Below, one piece after another: positions 19,982 to 29,714 of a stretch of 64,000 nt of DNA; positions within the stretch are counted from its first letter, which is position 1; each line of letters opens with the position of its first letter. The position numbers and the translations under genes were made by a program. Origin of the DNA: Candidatus Latescibacterota bacterium (GTDB lineage: Bacteria > Latescibacterota > UBA2968 > GCA-2709665); assembly GCA_965208835.1 (NCBI GenBank), contig OZ242358.1, positions 1,664,001 to 1,728,000 on the forward strand, read 5' to 3'. The notes beneath the pieces are model-generated. The model worked only from the letters and a program-made list of their open reading frames with translations. It ran no database searches and was not told the DNA's origin.

Positions 19982-20428
19982 TTATCTTGAATCTATGGAA
20001 TCGCGCGTTGATCCTGACGAGCGCTCAATTGCGCCGGGGACAGGCGCGCCTTCCTTTCCGTTCCCGGTCGAGCGCCCGGATGACCCCGGATTCGCGCGTG
20101 CGGCTGGTGCCAATTCTGAATCGGGCAACAGCATCTGACGCAGTTTCTGATCGGTTCCCTGGATTCGCTTGAGGGTTAACGCCAGTTCTTCTACACGGGC
20201 GACTTCCGCATTCAGCCTTGTGTTTTCTTCCTTGAGCGTTTGCGCCGTCTGTCTCCATTCCTGAATCTTCCAGATGAAGGCGAATTCCAGGACCAGCATG
20301 ACAAGGAGCAGGATCAATGCGCCGGCCACCATCCTCAACGGCCAATAGCCGACCTTCAGGACGACAGTACGCGAGCCGTCATCGGGGACAAAAAGGACCG
20401 ACATCCTCCTCCGTCGTTGCCTGGCCAC
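19982..20428 (-). CDS. single-TM coiled-coil protein resembling the N-terminal region of M23 peptidases
   Basis: Basic N-terminus, SVLFVPDD, one TM helix, coiled coil; GGGAG RBS; no catalytic domain. Confidence 0.6.
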   Translation of the reverse strand: MARQRRRRMSVLFVPDDGSRTVVLKVGYWPLRMVAGALILLLVMLVLEFAFIWKIQEWRQTAQTLKEENTRLNAEVARVEELALTLKRIQGTDQKLRQMLLPDSELAPAARANPGSSGRSTGNGKEGAPVPGAIERSSGSTRDSIDSR

Positions 20429-20578
20429 GCGATATGTCTCCCTTTCGGATGATCATGAGTCCCACGGTGCCACCGTCCGGTATCGTGGGGTCCCGCAACC
20501 GCGTTACAGCTCGAGCGATGACGAAGCGTCGTGTCTCCGCAGTTTACCCGGTCCCGACACCCTGACGGCGCACCATTG

Positions 20579-20607
20579 AGATTAGGTTCCGGATCAGTGT
20601 TTGTCAA
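20579..20607 (-). promoter_or_regulatory. sigma70-type promoter
   Basis: TTGACA-17 nt-TAATCT on the minus strand. Confidence 0.55.
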
Positions 20608-20688
20608 GAGTTTTAAGACGCGGGCGCCGCCCGACAGTGGGATTCCAGAATAAGGACCGGGACGGACGCCAGGACCGCAGACTCGCGT

Positions 20689-20850
20689 TCATGCGCGTTT
20701 CTGCAGCAACCAGCCGGCCAGAAAAATCAGACCGCCGATGATGGCCAGGCGCAGCTCCCGGCCGATGTTTTCTTCGTACAGGCCGACGAAGAGACCGTAC
20801 CCCATATATATCAAACCGGCAAGTTGAAGGGTGCGAGCAAGCAGGCGCAT
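20689..20850 (-). CDS. small two-TM membrane protein (53 aa)
   Basis: Two hydrophobic helices; GGAGG upstream. Confidence 0.6.
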   Translation of the reverse strand: MRLLARTLQLAGLIYMGYGLFVGLYEENIGRELRLAIIGGLIFLAGWLLQKRA

Positions 20851-21091
20851 TGGACACCCCGTCCCCGCCTCCTCCCGTCTCGTCCGCGTTTTGCGGAGTT
20901 GATACGGTGGAAGGCTTCCGATTACGTTCGAAACATCAAGAATTCCACGACTTAAAGTCAATAGTCCGGGTCGGTACCCTGGAAAAACCCGGCGGCAGAT
21001 GGTACTCTGCCCTGGTACCGGATTGGCGAACGGCGAGGTACTCTTGGGGACGGGACACCAGTTCGACGTGATTATCCGGATACGGCAAATG

Positions 21092-21123
21092 CGAAAGCCG
21101 ACATCCTGAGATATCGGCTTTCG
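21092..21123 (-). terminator. hairpin, probable terminator of the efflux unit
   Basis: CGAAAGCCGA/TCGGCTTTCG inverted repeat. Confidence 0.4.
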
Positions 21124-21211
21124 GCTGCGTGGTTCGCCATCGCCAGTCTTGCCGGCCGGTAACCCCGTTCCCGTTTGCGCGGGGTTATTTCGATGCGCGC
21201 AAACGGGGACC

Positions 21212-21676
21212 CTAAAATGCCTTGTTGAGGTTCAGGCGAACCCCCCTTGCCTTGAGGTCGCCGTTGACAGCCAGGCCAATGCCCTTCATTTCGACCAGGT
21301 TGTCCTTTTTTTCAGGCGGCGGAAGTTCCTCATCTCCATCGGAAAGGAAGAGATGGACCGAGTACGCCAGGGTTCCGAGGCCGAGACCGAGCATGATAGC
21401 GGCCCTCGTGTCGTTGGACTTGCTCTCGTTGTAAAAGTCTCCAGCGTTCTGGGAGGAGGTTGCCGTTCTGTACTGTTCGTACGCTTCGTTCGCGTCCTTC
21501 CTGGACGCGTGCGCCTCTGTGAAGAACCAGAGGCTTGCCCCCAGCGAAAGCGCTCCATAGAGTTTCTTGGAGTAGAGGAAGTCCTTTGATTTCTGCTGCG
21601 CATGCGTGGGAACAGCTGAGACAAAAAGCGTGATGACGGCGACGGCGAGCGCGAGGGCGCGTTTTCGGCTGTCCAT
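21212..21676 (-). CDS. exported or membrane protein of unknown function
   Basis: Signal peptide (THA|Q), two hydrophobic segments, C-terminal Phe, GGAGG RBS. Confidence 0.65.
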   Translation of the reverse strand: MDSRKRALALAVAVITLFVSAVPTHAQQKSKDFLYSKKLYGALSLGASLWFFTEAHASRKDANEAYEQYRTATSSQNAGDFYNESKSNDTRAAIMLGLGLGTLAYSVHLFLSDGDEELPPPEKKDNLVEMKGIGLAVNGDLKARGVRLNLNKAF

Positions 21677-21718
21677 GAATCCTCCGGAAATCGAATGGCG
21701 CTTTTTTCCTTCTTCGTT

Positions 21719-23116
21719 TTATTCGTCGGATTGAACGAGCGACGCGCCTACGTGTTGTTCCAGTTGAGCCAATTCAATCTGATATTGAAATCTGTCCTGC
21801 ACCAGCTGATTCCGGACCGTAAAGAGCTGAAACTGCGCCTGCTGGCGCTGGAGGAAAGTGCCGCCGCCCAGGTTGTACCGCTGGTCCTCGAGCCTGAAGT
21901 TTTCTTCAGCAGCCTTCACGGCCGCTTCGTTGGCGGTGACGCTACGGCGAAGCCTTTCGAGGTTCAAGAACGACAGCCTGAGTTCCATGGCCTGCTGTCG
22001 TTTGGCCTGATCGAGCAGTTCACGGCTCCTCAGGTACTCCAGCTTCTGGATCTTGACGTTGTTTTCCGTAGCCAGTCCGTTGAAAATCGGCATGCTGATG
22101 CTGATGCCCGCACTGTAAGAGTAGTTCTTGACAAAGAGGTCGTCCACGCCCGCAAAACCCTCACCCCGGTTCAACTGCCAGCCGTACCGTGCGCTACCCG
22201 ATATTCTCGGAAAGCGTACGCTGTACCTTGTGGCCTTAAGTTGATCCCTGCTTGCAAGCATTCGGTGTCTTTGCGCCAAAATCTCCGGATTTCCTTTCAG
22301 TGCTCTCTCCAGCGATTCCTGATAAGTGATGGGCGGCGGTGCAACCGAAAAGGTTTTCTCGGTCGGCGTAACGTTCACGTCAGGACTCAGCCCGAGGGAG
22401 AACGCAAGCTCAGACCGGGCGATGGCAACGTCATTTTCTCTGGCGATGATCGTCACGCGGTTGCGCGCCAGCTCAGATTCGGCGCTGAGGACTTCGGCAA
22501 TAGTGGTCGAGCCGATTTCGTACATCGTCTTTTCACGGCGCAGGCTCTCTTTAGAAACGCTGACCTGCTCTTTCGCCAGTTCCAGTTGCTCCATTCGCTG
22601 GAGGAGGATGAAATATCGCTGTTTTACCTGAAAAACCGTCTGGTGGCGGCTGCCGGACAGGTCCATCTCCGCCGCTCGCGCCGTCTTCCTGCTGGCCGCC
22701 AGATTCGCAAAATCGGCGGCGTCGAAAATGCTAATGCTCAGACTCGATCCGACGGACTGAGACCCGCCCACGCGGTCTTCGCCCAGGGTGGTGACGATTG
22801 TCTGCGTGGTCTGATCGAAGATGGCACCTTCCCTGGGGCCGGTCACGCTTCTGGAAAGGTTGTAGCTGCTGCTCAGCGACGGCAGGAAAGCGTTGCGGCG
22901 CGCATCGATCTGTGCGACAGCGATCTCCCGCGAGAAGCGGGATTGAGTGATCGCCGTGTTGTTGCCCAGAGCAATTTCGATGCATTCGGAGAGGCTGAGA
23001 TGCATCTCTCTGGATGCCGTTTCTTCCGCCGAGACCGGCGCTGAAAGGGCTGCGGCAACAGCGAACAGCAACGCTTTCTTCAGCATGCGTGACATACCGG
23101 GCGCTCCTATGTTCAT
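21719..23116 (-). CDS. TolC-family outer membrane efflux protein
   Basis: Signal peptide, LSLSECIEIAL, two OEP repeats; downstream of the RND and MFP genes. Confidence 0.88.
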   Translation of the reverse strand: MNIGAPGMSRMLKKALLFAVAAALSAPVSAEETASREMHLSLSECIEIALGNNTAITQSRFSREIAVAQIDARRNAFLPSLSSSYNLSRSVTGPREGAIFDQTTQTIVTTLGEDRVGGSQSVGSSLSISIFDAADFANLAASRKTARAAEMDLSGSRHQTVFQVKQRYFILLQRMEQLELAKEQVSVSKESLRREKTMYEIGSTTIAEVLSAESELARNRVTIIARENDVAIARSELAFSLGLSPDVNVTPTEKTFSVAPPPITYQESLERALKGNPEILAQRHRMLASRDQLKATRYSVRFPRISGSARYGWQLNRGEGFAGVDDLFVKNYSYSAGISISMPIFNGLATENNVKIQKLEYLRSRELLDQAKRQQAMELRLSFLNLERLRRSVTANEAAVKAAEENFRLEDQRYNLGGGTFLQRQQAQFQLFTVRNQLVQDRFQYQIELAQLEQHVGASLVQSDE

Positions 23117-23408
23117 CTTAACTCATGCCGGCTCGTTCGATCTCTTGGAATGAGGTATACGACCGGAAACACCGGCCGACGGATCGAATGTTCCGAACGG
23201 CGGCAATTCCGGCGAGATGCTGACTATTGAATTAGACAGCGCGAAATGAGAAAAGTTACGGGTAAATTCCTTCGCACCGTTGTCGACGAAAGAAAACAGA
23301 ATTCCAGGGAAAAGGAAAGTGAAAACTTCCGTGAACGAGGACCCCCGAGAGGTCCAGGACGTCGCGCGACGACGGGGCAGGTTGTGCGCCGGTTCCCTGT
23401 TTCAGGCG

Positions 23409-26400
23409 TCATTCCCCGCGATCCAGGAGTGAATAGACGGTAGGGATGACGATGAGCGTGAGCGCGGTGGAACTGATCAGGCCGGCAACAACGGTAATGG
23501 CCATGGGCGTGCGGATTTCAGATCCCTCGCCCAGTCCCAGTGCCATGGGCAGGAGCCCCAGTACGGTGGTCGCGGTGGTCATCAGAATCGGGCGCAGCCG
23601 TACCGAGCCTGCCTGTATGATCGCGTCGGACTTGGATTGGCCGTTGGCGCGCAGATGGTTGATGTAATCGACAAAGACGATGGCGTTGTTCACGACGATT
23701 CCGGCCAGCATGATCAGACCGAGGAAAACCACGACGCTGAACGAAATGCCGGCTACGTAGAGCGTGAACAGAACGCCGATCAGGGCCAGCGGAATCGTAA
23801 AGATGATGACGAACGGATGGACGAAGGATTCAAACTGGGAGGCCATCACAATGTAGACCAGAAAGACCGCCAGACAGAGGGCGAAGATCAGGCTCTGCAG
23901 CGATGTCTCCATCTCGCGGTTCTGGCCGCCGATGACAAAGGACACGTCCGCCGGGATGTCGATTTCCTCCAGGGCCTTCTGGATCAGCCCTGTGGCGGTC
24001 CCAAGATCGATACCGGCGACATTTGCGGATATGAGCACTGCGCGTTGCTGGTCAATGCGCCGGATCTCGCTGGGGCCTTCCCGTACCTGTATGTCGGCAA
24101 CAGCGGAGAGGTAGATCGGGGCTTCGCCCTCGGGGTTGACAACGAGGCGTTTCAAGTCCGACACGCCCGACCGATCGGCCTCGTCCACGCGAACCAGTAC
24201 ATCGATGCGGCGGTCGGCCTCCCTGAACCGTGTGACCACGTCACCCTGCACTTTTTCCCTGACCAGTGTGGCAACGCTCCGCAGATTGAGGCCATAGGAA
24301 GCCAGCAGGTCCCTCCGGTAGACGATCTGTACTTCCGGATTCCCGCGCTGAAGGCTGGATTTGACATCGTACAGCCCGGGAATTCCGGAGAGGGCGCGTT
24401 CCACGTTCCGTCCCAGCCTCGCGAGGTTGTCCAGATTGTAGCCTCGAATCTCCAGCTCCACCGGTGTTTTGAATGTAAACAACGCAGGACGCGAAAAATC
24501 GACGGAGACCTGCGGGAGGTCGCCCAGACTGTCCCGTAACCGGGACATGAGATCTGCCTCGCGTCTCGCCAGAAAGGTGTCTCCGGAAATGCCCGCCCAC
24601 ACTCTCCCCGGTAAGTCCAGCCAGAATCGCCCCGGATCGCCGGCGCCGTTTGTGGTTTCGTCGGAAACGACAATCGTGACCCTGGAGGTATGTTCTCCCT
24701 GGTCTGAGGTGGAGATGGAGGTCTTGTCCACGCCCACGACGGTGGCAATGCGTGCAACGCCAGGTTCGTTCAGCACCTTCGACTCCACGTCGGAAACAGT
24801 CTCTTGGGTGAGTTCCAGGGGTGTGCCGACCGGCATGGAGAGTTCGAGATCGAATTCCCCGTGGTGAACGGCGGGAATGAGTTCACGGCCGATATTGGGT
24901 ACCAGGACGTACCAGCAGAGAACGAACGGCAGGATGGCCATGACAACGACGGCAAGGCGGTTCTGCAACGCCCACCGGATCGTGGCAGGATAGAGCCGGC
25001 TGATTGCGCCGAAGCCCCCTTCAAAGGCTCGAATGACGGGCGTAAGCAGCGGAAAGGCGATGGCTGCCACCAGAGCCACAACCGTCAATCCCGCCGGAAA
25101 GGTGATCATCAGAAGCAGGATCAGCAGTTTGCCCAACAGAGTAATCGACTGGAAGATGATGAATCGGAGGACGACGTAGACCGGCCCCAGCACGAAGAGC
25201 GAGCATATGAAGAGAACGCCCGCGACGGCTGCGGGAACCCGCGGGATAATGGCGAGACCCCTGCCGCGCAACGGCCATCGGCAGGTGCGCCTGGCAGCGT
25301 CGAGCGTCCATCGAACGCTGCCGGCGAGTCCTTCACCGAGCGCGACCGGCGCATTGAAAACCAACAGATCGTGCCAGATGGCATGGACGATACGGGACCC
25401 GAAGGGTGTCGGGTTTTCGCACCACGCACAGAGATCCCGCCAGGTATGGGCGGGTCGCTTCAGGATCTTCAGCACGAGGGCTGCGGCAGGGAAATACAGG
25501 ATTGGGGACAGGATTACGAGCGCGGCCTTCAGAGCGACGATGAGAAAAGCGAGCACAACCCAGAGCGTTCGCCAGATGAATTCGAAAACCAGCCAGGGCA
25601 CATAGACAACGGCCTTGAGCGCCAGGCCGGTGACGCGTTTCTGAGATCGATCCCCGGCAAGTTCCTTATGCCTGGCGAGCGACCTGAACTGCAGCAGTTC
25701 CGAGTTGAACATTTCGCCGACGGTCGAGCCCGTGTCACCGCTTCCGGGGCCGGCGATACGCAGCTGACGGGAAGCCAGCATCGGAATGAAGAAGAGTGCG
25801 ACGGCAAGTGACGCCACGAGCGAAAAGACCACGGTGAGAGACATATCGCCGAAAACCTGGCCGGCCACGCCTTCGACGAAGACAATCGGGAAGAAGACGG
25901 CGACCGTGGTAAGCGTGGATGCAAACACCGCGCCCCCGACTTCGCCGGTGCCCCGGACCGCTGCCGTAACGATGTCGTCGCCTTCTTCGCGGCATCGAAA
26001 GATACTCTCCAGGACGACGATCGAGTTGTCTACGAGCATTCCGATACCCAGCGCCATACCTCCCAGTGACATAATGTTCAGGGAGACGCCGAATATCTTC
26101 ATGGGAGCGAACGTCGCGACGATGGAAATGGGGATTGCCAGACTCACGATGCCGGTATGCGAGGGATTCCGCAGAAAGACATATAGAACCAGGATCGCGA
26201 GGATGCCGCCGACAACGGCCGTCTGTTTCACTTCATCGACAGATCGCTTGATAAACTGCGACTGGTCCGACAGTACTTCCACCTGCATTCCCGTCGGCAG
26301 CGAATAGAAGATGAAACTGGTCATTTCTTTTAGTTTGACGAACTGTCGTACCTGCGCGGCCCGGTCTGTGGCCTCGGCCTGTTTGATTTCTCCGGCTTCG

Positions 26401-27392
26401 AGTCGCTTCACGTAGGCCAGCTGTTCCGGAGTACCGAAAAGGCGGTCCCGCACCCGTTGTGACGTGGCGACGATGTTGGCGTCGGCTTCTTTAAAGATGT
26501 CGATCTCCACACTCTCCACGCCGTTGACACGGGTGATGATCTCTCGATCCTTGTGGCCGCGGACAACATCGCTGACGTCTTTCAGCCGGATGTCGGCTTC
26601 GTTTTTCTGTCCGATGACGAGGTCGCGAATTTCGTCTACCGTCCGGAACTCGTTCAGGGTGCGCACCATGTACTGGGTCTGGCCGTCCAACAGGCTGCCG
26701 CCGGCGAGGTTGACGTTTTCTTCGCGAAGACGCCGGTTGATGTCGCCGATGCTTAGCCCCATCAGGGCGAGTTGCCGTTCGTTGATTTCCACGCGGATTT
26801 CCTCTTCCAGGCCCCCGTGCACCCTGGCTGCTGCCACCCCTTTCATCGCTTCCAGCGCCTGCTTGATTTCTTCCTCGGCGATGAGCCTCAGCGCATACAG
26901 ATCGGCATCGCCGTAGAGACCGATACGCATGATGGGATCCTGCGTGGGATCGTAACGCAGAATCAGCGGTTTGTTTACGCCCCGGGGCATGTTCAGACGG
27001 TCCAGGTTCTCCCGCACCGTCTGAACCGCGTCGTTCATGTCCGTGTCCCAGCCAAATTCAAGGATGACGTCCGACATCCCCGCCCGGGAGATTGAAACGA
27101 TGCTGGCCAGATTGTTGACAACCCCCAGCCGTTGTTCTATCTGCCGCGAAATGAGGTTTTCGACTTCTTCGGGCGCGGTATCGGGATAATCCGTGCGGAT
27201 CGTGAGGGTGGGATAGGCGATGTCCGGCATCAGGGTGAGCGGCAGCTGCTGGTAGGAGATGTAACCGAAGACCGCGACAGCGAGGACGACCATAAAAATG
27301 GCCACCGGCCTGCGGGTGGTTATTTCGAACGTGCGGGAGATCTGTTCCCGGGTGCTGGAGAGGGGATTTCGTGAAGTGGTATCGTCGTCCAT
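23409..27392 (-). CDS. AcrB/AcrD/AcrF-family RND permease with a large insertion
   Basis: RRPVA, PEEVE, GMLVDNSIVVLE, GIVVNNAIV and RLRPILMT motifs; about 1330 aa. Confidence 0.92.
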   Translation of the reverse strand: MDDDTTSRNPLSSTREQISRTFEITTRRPVAIFMVVLAVAVFGYISYQQLPLTLMPDIAYPTLTIRTDYPDTAPEEVENLISRQIEQRLGVVNNLASIVSISRAGMSDVILEFGWDTDMNDAVQTVRENLDRLNMPRGVNKPLILRYDPTQDPIMRIGLYGDADLYALRLIAEEEIKQALEAMKGVAAARVHGGLEEEIRVEINERQLALMGLSIGDINRRLREENVNLAGGSLLDGQTQYMVRTLNEFRTVDEIRDLVIGQKNEADIRLKDVSDVVRGHKDREIITRVNGVESVEIDIFKEADANIVATSQRVRDRLFGTPEQLAYVKRLEAGEIKQAEATDRAAQVRQFVKLKEMTSFIFYSLPTGMQVEVLSDQSQFIKRSVDEVKQTAVVGGILAILVLYVFLRNPSHTGIVSLAIPISIVATFAPMKIFGVSLNIMSLGGMALGIGMLVDNSIVVLESIFRCREEGDDIVTAAVRGTGEVGGAVFASTLTTVAVFFPIVFVEGVAGQVFGDMSLTVVFSLVASLAVALFFIPMLASRQLRIAGPGSGDTGSTVGEMFNSELLQFRSLARHKELAGDRSQKRVTGLALKAVVYVPWLVFEFIWRTLWVVLAFLIVALKAALVILSPILYFPAAALVLKILKRPAHTWRDLCAWCENPTPFGSRIVHAIWHDLLVFNAPVALGEGLAGSVRWTLDAARRTCRWPLRGRGLAIIPRVPAAVAGVLFICSLFVLGPVYVVLRFIIFQSITLLGKLLILLLMITFPAGLTVVALVAAIAFPLLTPVIRAFEGGFGAISRLYPATIRWALQNRLAVVVMAILPFVLCWYVLVPNIGRELIPAVHHGEFDLELSMPVGTPLELTQETVSDVESKVLNEPGVARIATVVGVDKTSISTSDQGEHTSRVTIVVSDETTNGAGDPGRFWLDLPGRVWAGISGDTFLARREADLMSRLRDSLGDLPQVSVDFSRPALFTFKTPVELEIRGYNLDNLARLGRNVERALSGIPGLYDVKSSLQRGNPEVQIVYRRDLLASYGLNLRSVATLVREKVQGDVVTRFREADRRIDVLVRVDEADRSGVSDLKRLVVNPEGEAPIYLSAVADIQVREGPSEIRRIDQQRAVLISANVAGIDLGTATGLIQKALEEIDIPADVSFVIGGQNREMETSLQSLIFALCLAVFLVYIVMASQFESFVHPFVIIFTIPLALIGVLFTLYVAGISFSVVVFLGLIMLAGIVVNNAIVFVDYINHLRANGQSKSDAIIQAGSVRLRPILMTTATTVLGLLPMALGLGEGSEIRTPMAITVVAGLISSTALTLIVIPTVYSLLDRGE

Positions 27393-27455
27393 TTCTTCCT
27401 GGTCCTGAATCAGCCGCATCGACAAGCGGTCGGCGCGTTGTAATTGTTCAGGGGC

Positions 27456-28652
27456 CTAGCCCGGGGATTCCTGCGGTTCCTGCTCTGTGGTATCCGGTTT
27501 GGCAGGAATGCGCAGACCCTTGCCTTCGATCACCCGCACCCTGGCCTGGTCCTTGAGGCCGTTCTGGCCCACGACCACGATGCTGTCGCCCGGCGATACG
27601 CCGCTGAGGACTTCCCAGTTTTGTGTGTCTTCAAAACCCAGGTCGAGTTGAATCTTCCGTGCGGTGCTGTCCTGGACGACGAATACGTGTGGATAGCCGT
27701 CATCGTAGACAACGGCGCGTTTGGGGACCAGCATGGCCTGATCGTGCGTGGCGGTGACGATATTCGTCTTGACGAACAAACCGGGACGCAACTTTCTCTC
27801 CGCATCGTCGATGGCCAGCGTGACCCTGAAGGTGCCGCTGTTGGGATCGACAACCGGACTGATGCGAATGATGCGGCCCGGGAAATCGAGATCGGGCAGA
27901 ATATTCGTTGTGATGCGCGCCGGCTGGCCGACAGAGATATTGGGCAGTTCTGTACCGGGTATGTGCGCTCTGGATATGAGACTCTTCATGTTGACCAGAA
28001 CATAGAGCTTGGTTGCCGGTCCGATCCTGTCGCCAAGCTTGACCATCCGTTCGGCCACGACCCCGGATATCGGAGATCGGACCGATGCATGGTCCAGATC
28101 CAGCTGAGCACGCTGCCACCGAACCCGGGCCTGTTCCAGGTCGAATTTGCCACGTTCGTAGTCTTCCTTGGAGAGCAGTTTTCTCGAAAAAATCTCCTCT
28201 TGGCGCTTGAAGTTGCTCTCCAGCTTGAGGTAAGCGATTTTGGCTTCCGCCTCGGCGAGCTTGAGCTGGTGGTCGACCAGGTGAACAAGGACCTGATCCA
28301 CTTTGATCCGATCGCCTTCTTCGGCCAGCACGCGCTTCACGAGCCCGGATCCGTGGGCGTAAACGTCCACCGTCTCTTCGGCCTCTATCTTGCCATTGTA
28401 TTCCACGTATGAGGAAATCGAACCCTGCCGAACGCGGTGGACCTTTACCGGTACGCCCTCCGGAGTCTTCTTCTCCTTTTTCTTCGCGGCCGCCGTCGTG
28501 TCGACCGCCGTCGAGTCGACTTTCGTTGAATCGGCCGCGGCTTCAGATTTGTCCTGTTCGCCGGATTTACCGCCACCGCACCCCGCGAATGCCCAAACTG
28601 CAGAAACCAATGCCAGTACAGCCAGGCACCTCTTAATGTGCATTACCGTCAT
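27456..28652 (-). CDS. RND periplasmic adaptor (membrane fusion protein), lipoprotein
   Basis: Lipobox FAGC, VRSPISGVV, ISPVVD, LRPGLF, VPKRAV. Confidence 0.9.
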   Translation of the reverse strand: MTVMHIKRCLAVLALVSAVWAFAGCGGGKSGEQDKSEAAADSTKVDSTAVDTTAAAKKKEKKTPEGVPVKVHRVRQGSISSYVEYNGKIEAEETVDVYAHGSGLVKRVLAEEGDRIKVDQVLVHLVDHQLKLAEAEAKIAYLKLESNFKRQEEIFSRKLLSKEDYERGKFDLEQARVRWQRAQLDLDHASVRSPISGVVAERMVKLGDRIGPATKLYVLVNMKSLISRAHIPGTELPNISVGQPARITTNILPDLDFPGRIIRISPVVDPNSGTFRVTLAIDDAERKLRPGLFVKTNIVTATHDQAMLVPKRAVVYDDGYPHVFVVQDSTARKIQLDLGFEDTQNWEVLSGVSPGDSIVVVGQNGLKDQARVRVIEGKGLRIPAKPDTTEQEPQESPG

Positions 28653-28882
28653 CCGTACATCCTTACCGTGCGATAGGTGGACAAACCGGAAGTATCTGAA
28701 ATAGGGATCATCGTTCGCGGGTCACGCGTCTGTTGCGCCGAACCTGCGGGATATGTCGTCCCCGGGGTGAAATTTCCCACAATCTTTGACTCCCCAGTCC
28801 GCCCGGATGTTTCGCAAAAAAGCCGCTGGGCCGCCATTTATGCGACGGCCCAGACGTGCGGCATTCCGGCGCTTTGGTTAAA

Positions 28883-29677
28883 TCAACCTTCCACGGCAGC
28901 TCTGACGCTGGATGCAACTTCGTTGTAACTTCTGGAGATCGGGGAATCCGGGTCGGCGGCCGTGATCGGGGTGCCGGTATCTCCACCTCTGCGTATCCGC
29001 GTATCCAGAGGGATTTCACCCAGTAGCGGCACACTGTATTCAGCAGCCATCTTTCTGCCGCCGCCCTGTCCGAAGATATCGGTACGGGCATTGCAGTTGC
29101 CGCATATATACGTGCTCATGTTTTCAACGATTCCGATAACGGGTACGTCGACGGTGTTGAACATCTGGATGCCGCGTCGCACGTCCTCCAGCGCCACGGA
29201 TTGGGGTGTTGTCACAATCACGGCGCCGTCTAGGCGCGCGGACTGAATCAGGGTCAGCTGTACATCGCCCGTCCCGGGCGGCAGATCGATGACGAGAAAG
29301 TCCAGAGGCGCCCACGCAACGTCCCGGAGGAATTGCATCACCATCTTGGCCAGCATTGGACCTCGCCAAATCACCGGCGCTCCCGCTTCGGTGATGAGAC
29401 CGAGGGAGATCATTTTTACATTGTGACGTTCGAGAGGAAGAATCCCGCCGTTCGCATCCATGCCCGGTGCTTCGTTCACGCCCATCATGATCGGAACATT
29501 CGGACCGTAGATGTCCGCGTCCATCAGACCCACCGCGGCGCCCTGCGCGGCCAGCGCAACACAAAGATTGGCGGCCGTGGTGGACTTCCCCACGCCGCCC
29601 TTGCCGCTTGCAACGGCGATCAGGTGCCTGACACCCGGAATGGGCGCGGGTCTTGGGATGTTTGCGGGCCTGTTCAA
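28883..29677 (-). CDS. mrp: Mrp/NBP35 Fe-S cluster carrier ATPase
   Basis: SGKGGVGKST, DADIYGP, WRGPM, DLPPGTGD and ENMS..ICGNC motifs. TTG start after AGGAG. Confidence 0.9.
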   Translation of the reverse strand: MNRPANIPRPAPIPGVRHLIAVASGKGGVGKSTTAANLCVALAAQGAAVGLMDADIYGPNVPIMMGVNEAPGMDANGGILPLERHNVKMISLGLITEAGAPVIWRGPMLAKMVMQFLRDVAWAPLDFLVIDLPPGTGDVQLTLIQSARLDGAVIVTTPQSVALEDVRRGIQMFNTVDVPVIGIVENMSTYICGNCNARTDIFGQGGGRKMAAEYSVPLLGEIPLDTRIRRGGDTGTPITAADPDSPISRSYNEVASSVRAAVEG

Positions 29678-29714
29678 GACAGGGACTCCTCGGAACGGGC
29701 GGCGAGTAGCGTAT

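Noticed and set aside
20965-21045. Four GGTAC motifs within 70 nt
   Set aside because: Irregular spacing and short motif; cannot be distinguished from chance.
21695-23044. 449-aa plus-strand ORF
   Set aside because: Antisense to the TolC gene; no recognisable domain.
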